From a virus (taxonomy: Duplodnaviria; Caudoviricetes): a stretch of 57,279 nt of DNA. The position numbers were made by a program, and so were the translations under genes. Positions 1 to 9,511 of the stretch are shown here, piece by piece. Below the pieces are notes generated by a model. It saw only the letters and a list, made by a program, of their open reading frames with translations. It was not told where the DNA came from and did no database searches. The stretch covers positions 1 through 57,279 of IMG/VR virus record IMGVR_UViG_3300009154_000068; one strand, written 5' to 3'. Within the stretch, counting starts at the first letter, position 1; each line of letters begins with the position of its first letter.

Positions 1-1269
1 AATCCGGCCAAGGGATTCAAGTCATTTGACGACTATCGTGGTCCAGACATGAGTCAAGCCAGCAACCCCATGTACTTCCGAGATTTCTTGAATGCTTTTT
101 CTCGAGTGCCAGGCGCAATGGTAACTGCTTTTATGTCTGCTGTGGCACCACAGCCGGCTATGGCAGAAGCCAAGGACGACTCTAAGACTAAACTTGGTGC
201 GCTGTTTGATGAGATCGCCGGATACGACGACGAGGGTTTCGAAATGCTTGATGCATGCCCTGTATGGAGTCAAATGTTTGATCAAACTGGTGGTGATGTA
301 GATAAAATCTTGGCTACAGCGACTCCAAAAAAACTAGCAATAATGATCCAAGAACTAGAAGATGTAGTTGACGGATTGAACGGTGGTATGTTTGAGGATC
401 AAAGTGGTCCTGGTATTCAAGCCAAGTATCTGGGTGGTGAACAATTCAAAGTTATGGTCAATGGAGAAACATACCAGCTGACTGCAACAGCCCTGGAATA
501 CCAGTTACAGCCCGGGGTCAAAGATGCAACTGACGCAGTTGACTCCAAGGGCATGATAACACCTGACAAGATGCACATGTATTACTTTGTGCTGGCTGCG
601 TGGAAGATAGTCAATGTCAACACCAGAAAGAAACCAAATAGAAGCACAGAAACTGCCATAGTAAATTACATCGATCAAAATCATGAGGATGATCTGAAGC
701 AAGTGGCTCAATATCAGCAAGATTGGGGAGACAATGTCGAAGAAGGCAATGAATTCACAGGTGCTTTAGCTGATGCAAAAGCAAAACATAAAGATGAATT
801 TGAAGTCGATGGTAAAAAATATTCTGTTCAAGAATGCTATGATGGTTCAATGAGTCCAATGTCAGGTGCAACACAAGAGGAAAGCAATCTATCTGTTAGC
901 ACTAACATGGGAACTAATAGTCCATTAAACGTGTCAGTAACTGCCACTGGTGGTGCAGCTCGTGAATTGATGCAAATGTTGCGTTTGGCTGGTTTAGGCT
1001 CTTCAGAGGAAATGTCCGACACAACAGAACCAGAAGTCGTTATTGGTGCACAGGAAATGGAAGAAGACTATGCTAATGCTCCTGATGAAAAATATAGTAC
1101 AGTTAATAAACAAATGAACCCTGGTAATGATTTGAATCGTCCTAAGGGCACATACCCTAAAGTTGCAGGCGGTGACAATCCAATGGCTATGCGTGAAGCA
1201 GAGGAATTAGCTGCTTTGGAAAAACAATTGTTTGAAGAATTGTCGGCTATTAAGATTATCAAAAAATAA
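1..1269 (+). CDS. Acidic modular head-associated/internal protein (5' truncated)
   Basis: Frame is open from base 1 through the ATG at 49, so it probably starts upstream of the window; acidic; AMAE, VEEG, MEE junction-like motifs and an MLRLAGL motif. Confidence 0.6.
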   Translation, partial: NPAKGFKSFDDYRGPDMSQASNPMYFRDFLNAFSRVPGAMVTAFMSAVAPQPAMAEAKDDSKTKLGALFDEIAGYDDEGFEMLDACPVWSQMFDQTGGDVDKILATATPKKLAIMIQELEDVVDGLNGGMFEDQSGPGIQAKYLGGEQFKVMVNGETYQLTATALEYQLQPGVKDATDAVDSKGMITPDKMHMYYFVLAAWKIVNVNTRKKPNRSTETAIVNYIDQNHEDDLKQVAQYQQDWGDNVEEGNEFTGALADAKAKHKDEFEVDGKKYSVQECYDGSMSPMSGATQEESNLSVSTNMGTNSPLNVSVTATGGAARELMQMLRLAGLGSSEEMSDTTEPEVVIGAQEMEEDYANAPDEKYSTVNKQMNPGNDLNRPKGTYPKVAGGDNPMAMREAEELAALEKQLFEELSAIKIIKK

Positions 1270-1475
1270 TGAAAACTCTAATGGAGTATATTCAGGAATT
1301 GGAGCAACATGCTCCAATTTCTGTTTCTGATCAAGATGTTGAAGAAAATCTTGACATTGATTTTAACGATGATGACGAAACAGTCTTGAAAGATCTAGAA
1401 AGATTAAAAAATCAAGCCGGCATTACTTCAGCAACAAAACATGCTTCTGCTAAACTTATTGGTGATTTGAAATGA
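1269..1475 (+). CDS. Small acidic protein with capsid-targeting-like N-terminus
   Basis: TAATG coupling to upstream ORF; starts MKTLMEYIQE; contains LKNQAGI. Confidence 0.6.
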   Translation: MKTLMEYIQELEQHAPISVSDQDVEENLDIDFNDDDETVLKDLERLKNQAGITSATKHASAKLIGDLK

Positions 1476-1840
1476 AAATTAGAGAATTGTTGGAAGCAAT
1501 AGAAAAAACCGGCAAACTGGAAAAATCTGCCAAAGCAGCTATGCCAGGCGCCGAAAGCTGGCCAGATCTTAATCAAAATAATAGCGCATATCTACAATAT
1601 CGCTATGGTATTGCCTGTGCCGGCAGTCCAGATAACATTGATATGACCATGTTTACTGCAACACATCAAGACTTGGTAACAATTGGCTATACCCAGGCAG
1701 ATCACGCAATCCTAGACGCAGCAGCAAAAGCACTGGGTGTGAGTCCAAAACGTCTCACTGATCCAAGTAGTGCAGAAACTCCCGACATTAATAAAGCTAG
1801 CCCAGTTGCGGCTAAGAAAAAAAACAAGTACGGCGTTTAA
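1472..1840 (+). CDS. Hypothetical head-associated protein
   Basis: ATGA overlap; starts MKIRELLE. Confidence 0.6.
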   Translation: MKIRELLEAIEKTGKLEKSAKAAMPGAESWPDLNQNNSAYLQYRYGIACAGSPDNIDMTMFTATHQDLVTIGYTQADHAILDAAAKALGVSPKRLTDPSSAETPDINKASPVAAKKKNKYGV

Positions 1841-1847
1841 TTGACTT

Positions 1848-2174
1848 ATGAAGCAATATAAATTCATAAGTCAAGACTTCACAGGAATAAATCCAGAAAT
1901 AGATGACGCTGTATTGTCCCCAGAAGATCCCATCAATGACATTAAAAGACTTGCTGGCATCACTGCTGAAAGTTTATTAAAGCCAGTTGCAGAATCTGAT
2001 GAAATGACTGCTAATGATCACGCATTGAGTCCAGTCGGTAGTAATATTAGTATTACTGGTATGGAAAAGCAGCGTTTAGAAAAAGAACATAATATCAAAC
2101 CAGGTACAGATGCTTGGTTTAAGTTGTGGTTCTCAAAGCCATTTCTCACCGGCGAGAAGCCAATCAAGCGTTAA
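1848..2174 (+). CDS. Hypothetical protein
   Basis: 108 aa ORF in operon; IKRLAGI motif; C-terminal IKPGTDAWFKLWF. Confidence 0.65.
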   Translation: MKQYKFISQDFTGINPEIDDAVLSPEDPINDIKRLAGITAESLLKPVAESDEMTANDHALSPVGSNISITGMEKQRLEKEHNIKPGTDAWFKLWFSKPFLTGEKPIKR

Positions 2175-2697
2175 TCGCTTGTTCACTCAATCCTAAATAT
2201 TTGTACCAACCCTCATGGTGTATTCTCACAGGGGTGTTTTTCCACTGTGAAATTAAACTATAATAATCTGGCTTGAAGGGTGTACGTAAAGGCTTTTGTA
2301 ATTTGCTACCCTTTTTATAATTGCATGGTTTGCAGGCAGAAACAATGTTTTCAAAATTAGTTTTACCACCAGCACTTTTTGGTATTACATGATCCAATGT
2401 CAGATCCTTTGTATCAAATGTGTCTGAACAATATTGACATTGATATAGATCTCTGAGATAGACATTAGACTTACTAAATTTAATATTTCTTTTATAATCA
2501 AAATACTCTTTAGTTACACATACACTGGGAATTTCCAATGTAAGATGTTCACTTCTTATTACCTGTCCTGGATAAGTTTCCAATACAGTCACTCTATCTA
2601 AAAAGAATAATTTTATGGCATGTTGCCAAGTAACAACAGAAAGTGGGAGAATACTAATAGGATTATGGTCTGCGTTCAGCAATAGCGTTTGGTGCAT
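2164..2697 (-). CDS. HNH endonuclease (McrA/HNH_5-like)
   Basis: RDLYQCQYC...TLDHVIPKSAGG...NIVSACKPCNYKKG; N-terminal LLLNAD..P. Confidence 0.92.
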   Translation of the reverse strand: MHQTLLLNADHNPISILPLSVVTWQHAIKLFFLDRVTVLETYPGQVIRSEHLTLEIPSVCVTKEYFDYKRNIKFSKSNVYLRDLYQCQYCSDTFDTKDLTLDHVIPKSAGGKTNFENIVSACKPCNYKKGSKLQKPLRTPFKPDYYSLISQWKNTPVRIHHEGWYKYLGLSEQAINA

Positions 2698-2737
2698 AAA
2701 TATATTTACTCCTTAGCAATTAAATCTAAATATATAC

Positions 2738-4297
2738 ATGTCTGATGATATCCAATTTGTAAGACCGCCAAATATAACAATACCTCTGACTAGAACTCAA
2801 GTCATCGAGTATTCAAAATGTGCTGACCCAATCAATGGTTATCGATATTTCATGGAGAATTATTTCTTCATTCAACATCCCACTAAAGGACAAATAAAAT
2901 ATAAGCCATTTTCCTTTCAAGTTAAATTAATTGAAAATTATCACAATAGACGATTTTCTATTAGCATGCTCTCGAGGCAAACTGGAAAAACAACTTCAGC
3001 CGCTGGATATTTGCTTTGGTTTGCTATGTTCAATCCAGACCAAACCATATTAATTGCAGCACACCAATATAGTGGTGCTCAAGAAATTATGCTTAGAATT
3101 CGATATGCATATGAAATGTGTCCAATGTGGCTTAAGGCAGGTGCAGAGTCGTATAATCAGGGTAATATTAATTTTGATAATAAAAGTCGAATTGTTGCCC
3201 GAGCCACAACAGAAAAAACTGGTCGTGGTATGTCTATCTCTCTTTTGTATTTAGATGAGTTTGCATTTGTTCGACCCACAATTGCTCGTGAATTTTGGAC
3301 TGCTATTAGCCCAACATTAAGTACTGGTGGTAAATGTATTATTACTAGCACTCCTAACAGTGATGAAGACCAATTTTCTCAACTTTGGAAAGGTGCTAAT
3401 AAAAGAACAGATGAATTTGGAAATCCAACCACCTTAGGTGTAAATGGGTTTAGTCCATTTATAGCACATTGGAGCGAGCATCCAGATCGGGATGAACAAT
3501 GGAAAGAAGAAGAAATTGGTCGTATTGGTGAGGAAAGATTTAGACGAGAGCATGAGCTAGAGTTTCTCATCGCCGATGAGACCCTAATTAAATCTATTAC
3601 ATTGAGTGAGTTAGAATCCAAAGAACCAATAGAAAGACATGGACAAGTTCGTTGGTATAAAAAACCAACTAGGGGTAAGACATATGCAATAGCCTTAGAT
3701 CCCAGTTTGGGTACTGGTGGTGATGCGTCAGCAATTCAAGTCTTAGAGTTGCCAACAATGATGCAAGTTGCAGAATGGCAGCACAATAAGACGCCCATAC
3801 AGCAACAAGTAAGGTTATTAAAAGACATATGTCAATACATTTATGATTGTATAGGATCAGAAACCAATATCTACTATAGTGTAGAAAACAATACGTTAGG
3901 GGAAGCCGCTCTAGTTGCTATTAGTGAAGTAGGTGAAGAAAATATTAAAGGTATATTTTTAACTGAACCAAAAAGCATGGGTGGCCCAGCAAAATTTAGA
4001 AAAGGTTTTACTGTTACTCATAGATCCAAATTGGCGGCCTGTTCCAAATTAAAAAATCTAATAGAAACAAAGAGATTAAGTATTTCAAGTAGTAATTTGA
4101 TAAGTGAACTAAAGACATTTATATCAGTAGCAAATACTTATAAAGCTCGTGTTGGCGAGCGTGATGATTTGGTTATGAGTATGTTATTAGCTGTTAGAAT
4201 GATGTTAATTATTCAAACGTTTGATCAGGATCTTGACGCCAAAATGCGAGACGGAACTGATGAAGTAATCATGCCCATGCCTTTTATAATGTTTTAG
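2738..4297 (+). CDS. terL: Terminase large subunit (T4 gp17-like)
   Basis: Walker A SRQTGKTT, Walker B LLYLDEFAF, motif III ITSTPN, nuclease ALDPSLGTGGD and C-terminal DDLVM. Confidence 0.96.
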   Translation: MSDDIQFVRPPNITIPLTRTQVIEYSKCADPINGYRYFMENYFFIQHPTKGQIKYKPFSFQVKLIENYHNRRFSISMLSRQTGKTTSAAGYLLWFAMFNPDQTILIAAHQYSGAQEIMLRIRYAYEMCPMWLKAGAESYNQGNINFDNKSRIVARATTEKTGRGMSISLLYLDEFAFVRPTIAREFWTAISPTLSTGGKCIITSTPNSDEDQFSQLWKGANKRTDEFGNPTTLGVNGFSPFIAHWSEHPDRDEQWKEEEIGRIGEERFRREHELEFLIADETLIKSITLSELESKEPIERHGQVRWYKKPTRGKTYAIALDPSLGTGGDASAIQVLELPTMMQVAEWQHNKTPIQQQVRLLKDICQYIYDCIGSETNIYYSVENNTLGEAALVAISEVGEENIKGIFLTEPKSMGGPAKFRKGFTVTHRSKLAACSKLKNLIETKRLSISSSNLISELKTFISVANTYKARVGERDDLVMSMLLAVRMMLIIQTFDQDLDAKMRDGTDEVIMPMPFIMF

Positions 4298-4304
4298 TTT
4301 TTAG

Positions 4305-4312
4305 TATAAATA
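4305..4312 (+). promoter_or_regulatory. T4-type late promoter
   Basis: Exact TATAAATA 5 nt before the ATG at 4318. Confidence 0.75.
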
Positions 4313-4317
4313 TTGTT

Positions 4318-5733
4318 ATGAAAAAACCTATTGAACAGATCGCCGAAGAACTGTGTGATAAATTGACTAGATTTGAGGACATTACCTTGGGTGATGAATC
4401 AGCAGCTGACACAGATGACGAAGAAAAGGCCAGATTTTTTAATTTTACATATCAGGATACCGAATCCGAAGATAAACCAATCATAACAGTTCATCTAAGT
4501 GATTCCGGAGATGTTGAAAAAAGAGCATTGAAAGTTCATTATATCACTGATATACTTGACTTGATGAATCTTGACCAGAAAAAACGATGGGTAGATTTTT
4601 TAAAAGAATTGAGATATTTCGCCAAAGCTAATTGGTTGAATTTTGATGTTAGAAATTTAACTAAATCCAATTTAAGTTTGCGCGACATTAAAAAATTGAC
4701 TAAAAAAGATTCAGTTGCTGTTGATCAAGTAAAGGTTACAGAAAGCAAACTGTTTGGTACTAGTAAACTAAGTTATGAAAACGTGGGCCCAGTAAAATTA
4801 TTGGTACGTCATAGCCAAAATATAAATCCTGAAATTCAAGGATCTAGAACTAGAAATATCGAAAATATATTTGTTGAAACTGAGATCGGTGAAAGATTTT
4901 TGATGCCATTTACTAAATTAAGCCCAGCTAGGGCAATGGCTAGGCATATTGCTGAAGGTGGTAGAATTGGTGACGAAATTGCTAATTTCATTGAAGAATC
5001 TGCAAAAGAAATGTCATCTATGGGGGTTTTTGTGCGTAGTATGCGTCGTAGAACGTTTGAGGACACAGAAACAATTGCCATGGTTGAAGCTGCTATAGAA
5101 CGATATAATGAAGTTAAATCAAATTTGAATCGTATTAGTGGACAAAAGGGTTATGCCGATTTTAAAGAACACTATACACCAAATGATCAAGATGAATATG
5201 ATTTTGATTTAGATCAATTGAAAGAGCGATTCGTTAAAAAATTATTTGACGATAGATTGGGCGAAGCATTGCCTCATGTTTATAGGGCGTACAAAGCTAA
5301 ACAAAAATCTATGGAAAATAGTTATGTGGCTGAATTTGATCAATGGGCGGATGATGTAGTAGAAGGCACGTGGGCAGTGCCTGAAACTGATTCAGATTTA
5401 GATGCTCTTAAAGATCTAATGTCTAAGCCACTGTCTGCCGGAGTTGATGGCGCCGATGCTATACCTTCCTTATATGATCTTATTGGAGACGATGACTTGT
5501 TTGATCGTATAAGTCAATTATCTTCAGAACAAGGTCAAGATGCCGATGTTAGACCTTTGGTAATTGATTGGTTAAGTAATAACGGTTACGAGGATCTGGC
5601 TGCCGAGTTTCAAATGACATTTGATCAACCACAATCATCACCATCACCTGCGTCTGAAATCAACATAGATCAGCCACCAATGGAAGAAAGTATCAGCAGT
5701 TTGCGCAAACTCGCTGGCATTACCAAAAATTAA
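4318..5733 (+). CDS. Late acidic protein, probably head/prohead-core associated
   Basis: 471 aa; late promoter; ends LRKLAGITKN; function inferred from context only. Confidence 0.55.
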   Translation: MKKPIEQIAEELCDKLTRFEDITLGDESAADTDDEEKARFFNFTYQDTESEDKPIITVHLSDSGDVEKRALKVHYITDILDLMNLDQKKRWVDFLKELRYFAKANWLNFDVRNLTKSNLSLRDIKKLTKKDSVAVDQVKVTESKLFGTSKLSYENVGPVKLLVRHSQNINPEIQGSRTRNIENIFVETEIGERFLMPFTKLSPARAMARHIAEGGRIGDEIANFIEESAKEMSSMGVFVRSMRRRTFEDTETIAMVEAAIERYNEVKSNLNRISGQKGYADFKEHYTPNDQDEYDFDLDQLKERFVKKLFDDRLGEALPHVYRAYKAKQKSMENSYVAEFDQWADDVVEGTWAVPETDSDLDALKDLMSKPLSAGVDGADAIPSLYDLIGDDDLFDRISQLSSEQGQDADVRPLVIDWLSNNGYEDLAAEFQMTFDQPQSSPSPASEINIDQPPMEESISSLRKLAGITKN

Positions 5734-5893
5734 TTTTTTGGTTGAATAGCTCAAAATTTCAGTTGAATCTTTCAAAATAAATCTATACAATTCCTACTGT
5801 AGGGATAAATATATATGTTATTAAGTGCAATGGTGTATTTAATATCTAATCTCTCACAAAGACCATCTTTTATTTTTATTAAGGACTTATATT

Positions 5894-6904
5894 ATGGCAA
5901 CGACTTTAGCTGAAATTCGCGCACGTTTGCAGGCGCAAGAAACCCGTGGTAGCAACAATTCCCAAATGGGCGGTGATAATGCTATCTATCCACATTGGAA
6001 CATTGCAGAAGGTACTAGTGCAAAACTACGCTTCCTTCCTGACGCTGATCCCAAAAATACATTTTTCTGGATTGAACGAGCAATGATTAAATTGCCTTTC
6101 GCTGGTATTAAAGGCCAAGGCGATAGCAAACCTGTTCAAGTACAAGTGCCCTGTGTTGAAATGTGGGGAGAAGCTTGTCCAATTTTGGCAGAAGTTCGAG
6201 GCTGGTTTAAGGATCCAAATCTTGAAGATATGGGTCGTAAATATTGGAAGAAAAAATCTTATTTGTTCCAAGGTTTTGTTCGTGAAAATCCTTTGAGCGA
6301 TGACAAAACTCCTGAAAATCCAATTCGTCGTTTTATTATTAGCCCACAGATCTTTAACATTGTTAAAGCTGCTCTGATGGATCCTGAAATGGAAGAATTG
6401 CCAACTGATTACGAGCGTGGTTTGGACTTTACTGCAACTAAAACTAGCAAAGGTGGTTATAGCGACTACAACACTAGCAAATGGGCACGTAAAGAATCCG
6501 CTCTTACTACCCAAGAGTTGGAAGCTATTGAAAAATTTGGACTTTATAACTTGGCAGACTTCTTACCTAAGAAGCCCAGCGATGTTGAACTTAAAGTAAT
6601 CAAAGAAATGTTTGAAGCCAGTGTTGATGGTGAAGCTTATGATTCCGATCGTTGGGCTAACTACTACAAACCAGCTGGTGTTCAAAGTGATCGTCCCGCA
6701 ACAACCGGTTCGTCGGCAGCTTCACGTTCTGATGATATGGTTGATCCTGAGCCAGCCCCCACAAAAGTTGCTCGCCCAGTAGCACCAGCGATGGTTGATG
6801 AAGATCCAGTAGAAGCCACAGCACCAGTGGAGGCAGTAAAGCCTTCCAGTCAACGTGCTGAGGATATTTTGAAAATGATCCGTAGTCGTCAAAAGACCGC
6901 TTAA
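5894..6904 (+). CDS. Single-stranded DNA-binding protein (T4 gp32-like)
   Basis: LRFLPD, CPIL, RKYWKKKSY, GLDF..KT.KGGYSDY..SKW; low-complexity tail; AAGGA SD; adjacent to uvsX. Confidence 0.88.
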   Translation: MATTLAEIRARLQAQETRGSNNSQMGGDNAIYPHWNIAEGTSAKLRFLPDADPKNTFFWIERAMIKLPFAGIKGQGDSKPVQVQVPCVEMWGEACPILAEVRGWFKDPNLEDMGRKYWKKKSYLFQGFVRENPLSDDKTPENPIRRFIISPQIFNIVKAALMDPEMEELPTDYERGLDFTATKTSKGGYSDYNTSKWARKESALTTQELEAIEKFGLYNLADFLPKKPSDVELKVIKEMFEASVDGEAYDSDRWANYYKPAGVQSDRPATTGSSAASRSDDMVDPEPAPTKVARPVAPAMVDEDPVEATAPVEAVKPSSQRAEDILKMIRSRQKTA

Positions 6905-6914
6905 TCATTGATCA

Positions 6915-6950
6915 GGGAAGGTGGGTGTTCCATCTTCCCATTTATTATTT
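6915..6950 (+). terminator. Hairpin / probable intrinsic terminator
   Basis: GGGAAGGTGG-gtgtt-CCATCTTCCC followed by a T-rich run just after the SSB stop. Confidence 0.6.
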
Positions 6951-6962
6951 CTAGGAGAATAT

Positions 6963-8030
6963 ATGGCGCGGCCGTTTGACTTATCAAAATTTCGAAAAAC
7001 AATTACTAAAAGCATTGAAGGTGTTAGCATTGGTTTTAATGATCCAACAGATTGGGTCAGCACTGGTAATTTTGCATTGAATTATTTAATATCTGGAGAC
7101 TTTAATCGTGGTATTCCCATGGGCAAAGTTACTGTACTTGCGGGCGAGAGTGGCGCAGGTAAAAGCTTTATTGCATCAGGAAACTTGGTGCGTAATGCTC
7201 AACAACAAGGCATTTATGTTATCTTAATTGATACAGAAAATGCATTGGATGAAGCTTGGTTACATGCTTTGGAAGTAGACACCAGTGAAGAAAAATTACT
7301 CAAACTAAACATGGCTATGATCGATGATGTGGCTAAAATGATTAGTGAGTTTGTTAAGGAATATAGAGTATTACCAGAAATTGAACGTCCAAAAGTTTTG
7401 TTTGTTTTGGATAGTTTGGGTATGCTTTTGACACCAACTGATGTTAATCAATTTGAAGCTGGTGATTTAAAAGGTGATATGGGACGAAAGCCCAAGGCAC
7501 TAACTGCATTGGTTCGCAATTGTGTTAATATGTTTGGTGATTTGAATATTGGGTTAGTGGCTACTAATCATACATATGCAAGTCAAGATATGTTTGATCC
7601 AGATGACAAAATTTCGGGTGGTCAAGGCTTCATTTACGCTAGTTCAATAGTTATTGCAATGCGAAAACTTAAACTTAAAGAAGATGAAGATGGCAATAAG
7701 ATCAGCGAAGTTAAGGGTATTCGTAGTGCTTGTAAAATTATGAAAACTCGATATGCAAAGCCATTCGAAAGCGTTCAAATCAAAATCCCATATGAAACAG
7801 GTATGAATCCTCATAGTGGATTGGTTGATTTGTTTGAAGGCAAGGGTTTGCTGAAAAAAGAAGGTAATAGTCTTGTTTATACATTATCTGATGGTGAGAT
7901 TATTAAGCAATTCCGTAAAGCCTGGGAACGTAATGAAAACGAAAGTTTGACTAAAGTAATGAAAGATATTACCGATAATCCTAGGTCGGCCATAAGTAAT
8001 CAAGAGCAAGTAGTTGAGGAGAATGAATAA
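6963..8030 (+). CDS. uvsX: RecA-like recombinase
   Basis: AGESGAGKS Walker A, IDTENALD, VLDSLG, NHTY, SGGQG; start moved to the ATG at 6963 after AGGAG. Confidence 0.93.
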   Translation: MARPFDLSKFRKTITKSIEGVSIGFNDPTDWVSTGNFALNYLISGDFNRGIPMGKVTVLAGESGAGKSFIASGNLVRNAQQQGIYVILIDTENALDEAWLHALEVDTSEEKLLKLNMAMIDDVAKMISEFVKEYRVLPEIERPKVLFVLDSLGMLLTPTDVNQFEAGDLKGDMGRKPKALTALVRNCVNMFGDLNIGLVATNHTYASQDMFDPDDKISGGQGFIYASSIVIAMRKLKLKEDEDGNKISEVKGIRSACKIMKTRYAKPFESVQIKIPYETGMNPHSGLVDLFEGKGLLKKEGNSLVYTLSDGEIIKQFRKAWERNENESLTKVMKDITDNPRSAISNQEQVVEENE

Positions 8031-8263
8031 TGAGTATTGAAATTGATACATTAGTTGAAACTTATATGGCTCTCAAAGAGTATATTCCAAGCAAAGAGCG
8101 TCAAGGTGCTGCTGACACATTGATGAGCTTAATGGTTGATGTCTTAAGTGATATCGATGTTAAGGAATTCGCTGCCGCTGATAGTTATCTAAGACGCAGT
8201 TTTGAGGAATACAAAACTGAAATAGATGATGAGGACGAATACACAGAGGATTACGAAGATTAA
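8030..8263 (+). CDS. Small acidic hypothetical protein
   Basis: TAATG coupling between uvsX and uvsY. Confidence 0.7.
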   Translation: MSIEIDTLVETYMALKEYIPSKERQGAADTLMSLMVDVLSDIDVKEFAAADSYLRRSFEEYKTEIDDEDEYTEDYED

Positions 8264-8265
8264 TC

Positions 8266-8718
8266 ATGTGGTATAATCGTGTAGTTGGTGATCTTGGCCA
8301 ATTACCTAATTTTATTTCATATTATGAAGCAGAGTTGGGCACGGCCCGGGTCGAGTGTAAAATACTTGGCAAGGTTGAAAAAAGCCTTGCCCAACTTCCC
8401 GGCATAACTGAGCATAGATTTAACCAGCTTCAAGAAATTGAGGCTGTGTTAAATTTTCTAAATATACAGCTTCGTAAAATACGAAAACAGCATTTTCAAA
8501 AATATCTAGAAAATTACAATCGTGCTTTAACCAGTCGAGATGCTGAAAAGTATGTGGACGGTGAGGATGATGTTATCGATATGGAAACATTGATTAATTC
8601 AGTAGCACTATTGAGAAATAATTATCTAGGATTGATGAAAGGTCTAGAGTCTAAGAACTTCATGATGGGTCATTTGGTTCGATTAAAAACCGCCGGAATG
8701 GAAGATTACTCAGTCTGA
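8266..8718 (+). CDS. uvsY: Recombination mediator UvsY-like
   Basis: 150 aa helical protein, YLENYNRALTSRDAEKYVDGE, downstream of uvsX. Confidence 0.72.
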   Translation: MWYNRVVGDLGQLPNFISYYEAELGTARVECKILGKVEKSLAQLPGITEHRFNQLQEIEAVLNFLNIQLRKIRKQHFQKYLENYNRALTSRDAEKYVDGEDDVIDMETLINSVALLRNNYLGLMKGLESKNFMMGHLVRLKTAGMEDYSV

Positions 8719-8721
8719 TTT

Positions 8722-8979
8722 ATGTTAGATCCAGTCACAAAAGCCGGATTGTTACTTGATGAGTGGCATATATGTAGGAATGCTAGGCCTAGACAGCATG
8801 TTCTAGACATTCAAGTTGATAAAGATGAAGTCAGCAAATGGGCCGATCATCTTTATAAAACTATGATGTGGTCATCCGATCCGAATGAAATAGCAGAGTG
8901 CTGTTATCAATTTGAAAGTAGATTTAATGCTTTCAAAGATAAAATTCTAATAGAATTGTTGACTAACGGGTCAGCTTAA
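8722..8979 (+). CDS. Hypothetical protein
   Basis: 85 aa ORF closing the operon. Confidence 0.6.
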   Translation: MLDPVTKAGLLLDEWHICRNARPRQHVLDIQVDKDEVSKWADHLYKTMMWSSDPNEIAECCYQFESRFNAFKDKILIELLTNGSA

Positions 8980-9074
8980 TACCAGCGACCGTAGAGATTT
9001 TGCTCTCTATAGTTTTTGATAGTGAAGACGAAATCTACTAGTGTTTGTGTTAATTGTTCTATAATTTTTTTCAT
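8976..9074 (-). CDS. 32 aa peptide (not in ORF track)
   Basis: MKKIIEQLTQTLVDFVFTIKNYREQNLYGRWY; ATGA overlap with the upstream minus-strand ORF. Confidence 0.5.
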   Translation of the reverse strand: MKKIIEQLTQTLVDFVFTIKNYREQNLYGRWY

Positions 9075-9196
9075 TTTTGATCCTGATACATTTGTTGTGC
9101 GGTGCGCCAGTCGCCCATACGTGTGAGGCGTGTTGCTGCTCTAGCTTTAGCCATGCAGTTCAAAAAATCTAAAAATTCTTTGAATATACGTTTCAT
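9071..9196 (-). CDS. 41 aa peptide (not in ORF track)
   Basis: MKRIFKEFLDFLNCMAKARAATRLTRMGDWRTAQQMYQDQK; AGGAG SD; abuts the upstream stop. Confidence 0.6.
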   Translation of the reverse strand: MKRIFKEFLDFLNCMAKARAATRLTRMGDWRTAQQMYQDQK

Positions 9197-9376
9197 TTAA
9201 AAACTCCTTTGTGTGGATTTGTATTGGAATTGTTTGATGTAACTTTCCAACTGTGCGGCATCGGTAATGCCTTTGTCGCTTAGATACGCATCTAAACGGC
9301 TTTGATAGCTAGATCTAGGAAACATTTCGGATAAACGTTCTAGTATGCCTAGCATTTTTTCTGATATATATTTCAT
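9197..9376 (-). CDS. 59 aa protein, DUF3563-like (not in ORF track)
   Basis: MKYISEKMLGILERLSEMFPRSSYQSRLDAYLSDKGITDAAQLESYIKQF...; AAGGA SD. Confidence 0.6.
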   Translation of the reverse strand: MKYISEKMLGILERLSEMFPRSSYQSRLDAYLSDKGITDAAQLESYIKQFQYKSTQRSF

Positions 9377-9496
9377 TTTGTTTTCCTTTGATTATCAGAA
9401 TTAACTCATGGTTTCTACTGATATACTTATTTATGCGGCGGCGCAACAAATTCATCTTTTCATTTTAATATTGGGTATAGTTGTTGTCCAAGATGA

Positions 9497-9504
9497 TATA
9501 AATA
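9497..9504 (+). promoter_or_regulatory. T4-type late promoter
   Basis: TATAAATA 7 nt before the ATG at 9512. Confidence 0.75.
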
Positions 9505-9511
9505 TTACACT

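Noticed and set aside
5734-5893. Autoregulatory leader of the gp32-like gene as in T4
   Set aside because: A long AT-rich leader is present, but no pseudoknot could be identified by eye.
6026-6514. Long antisense ORFs here and at 13880-14583, 46253-46723, 48203-48721 and elsewhere
   Set aside because: Shadows of well-supported plus-strand genes, with no SD or motifs.
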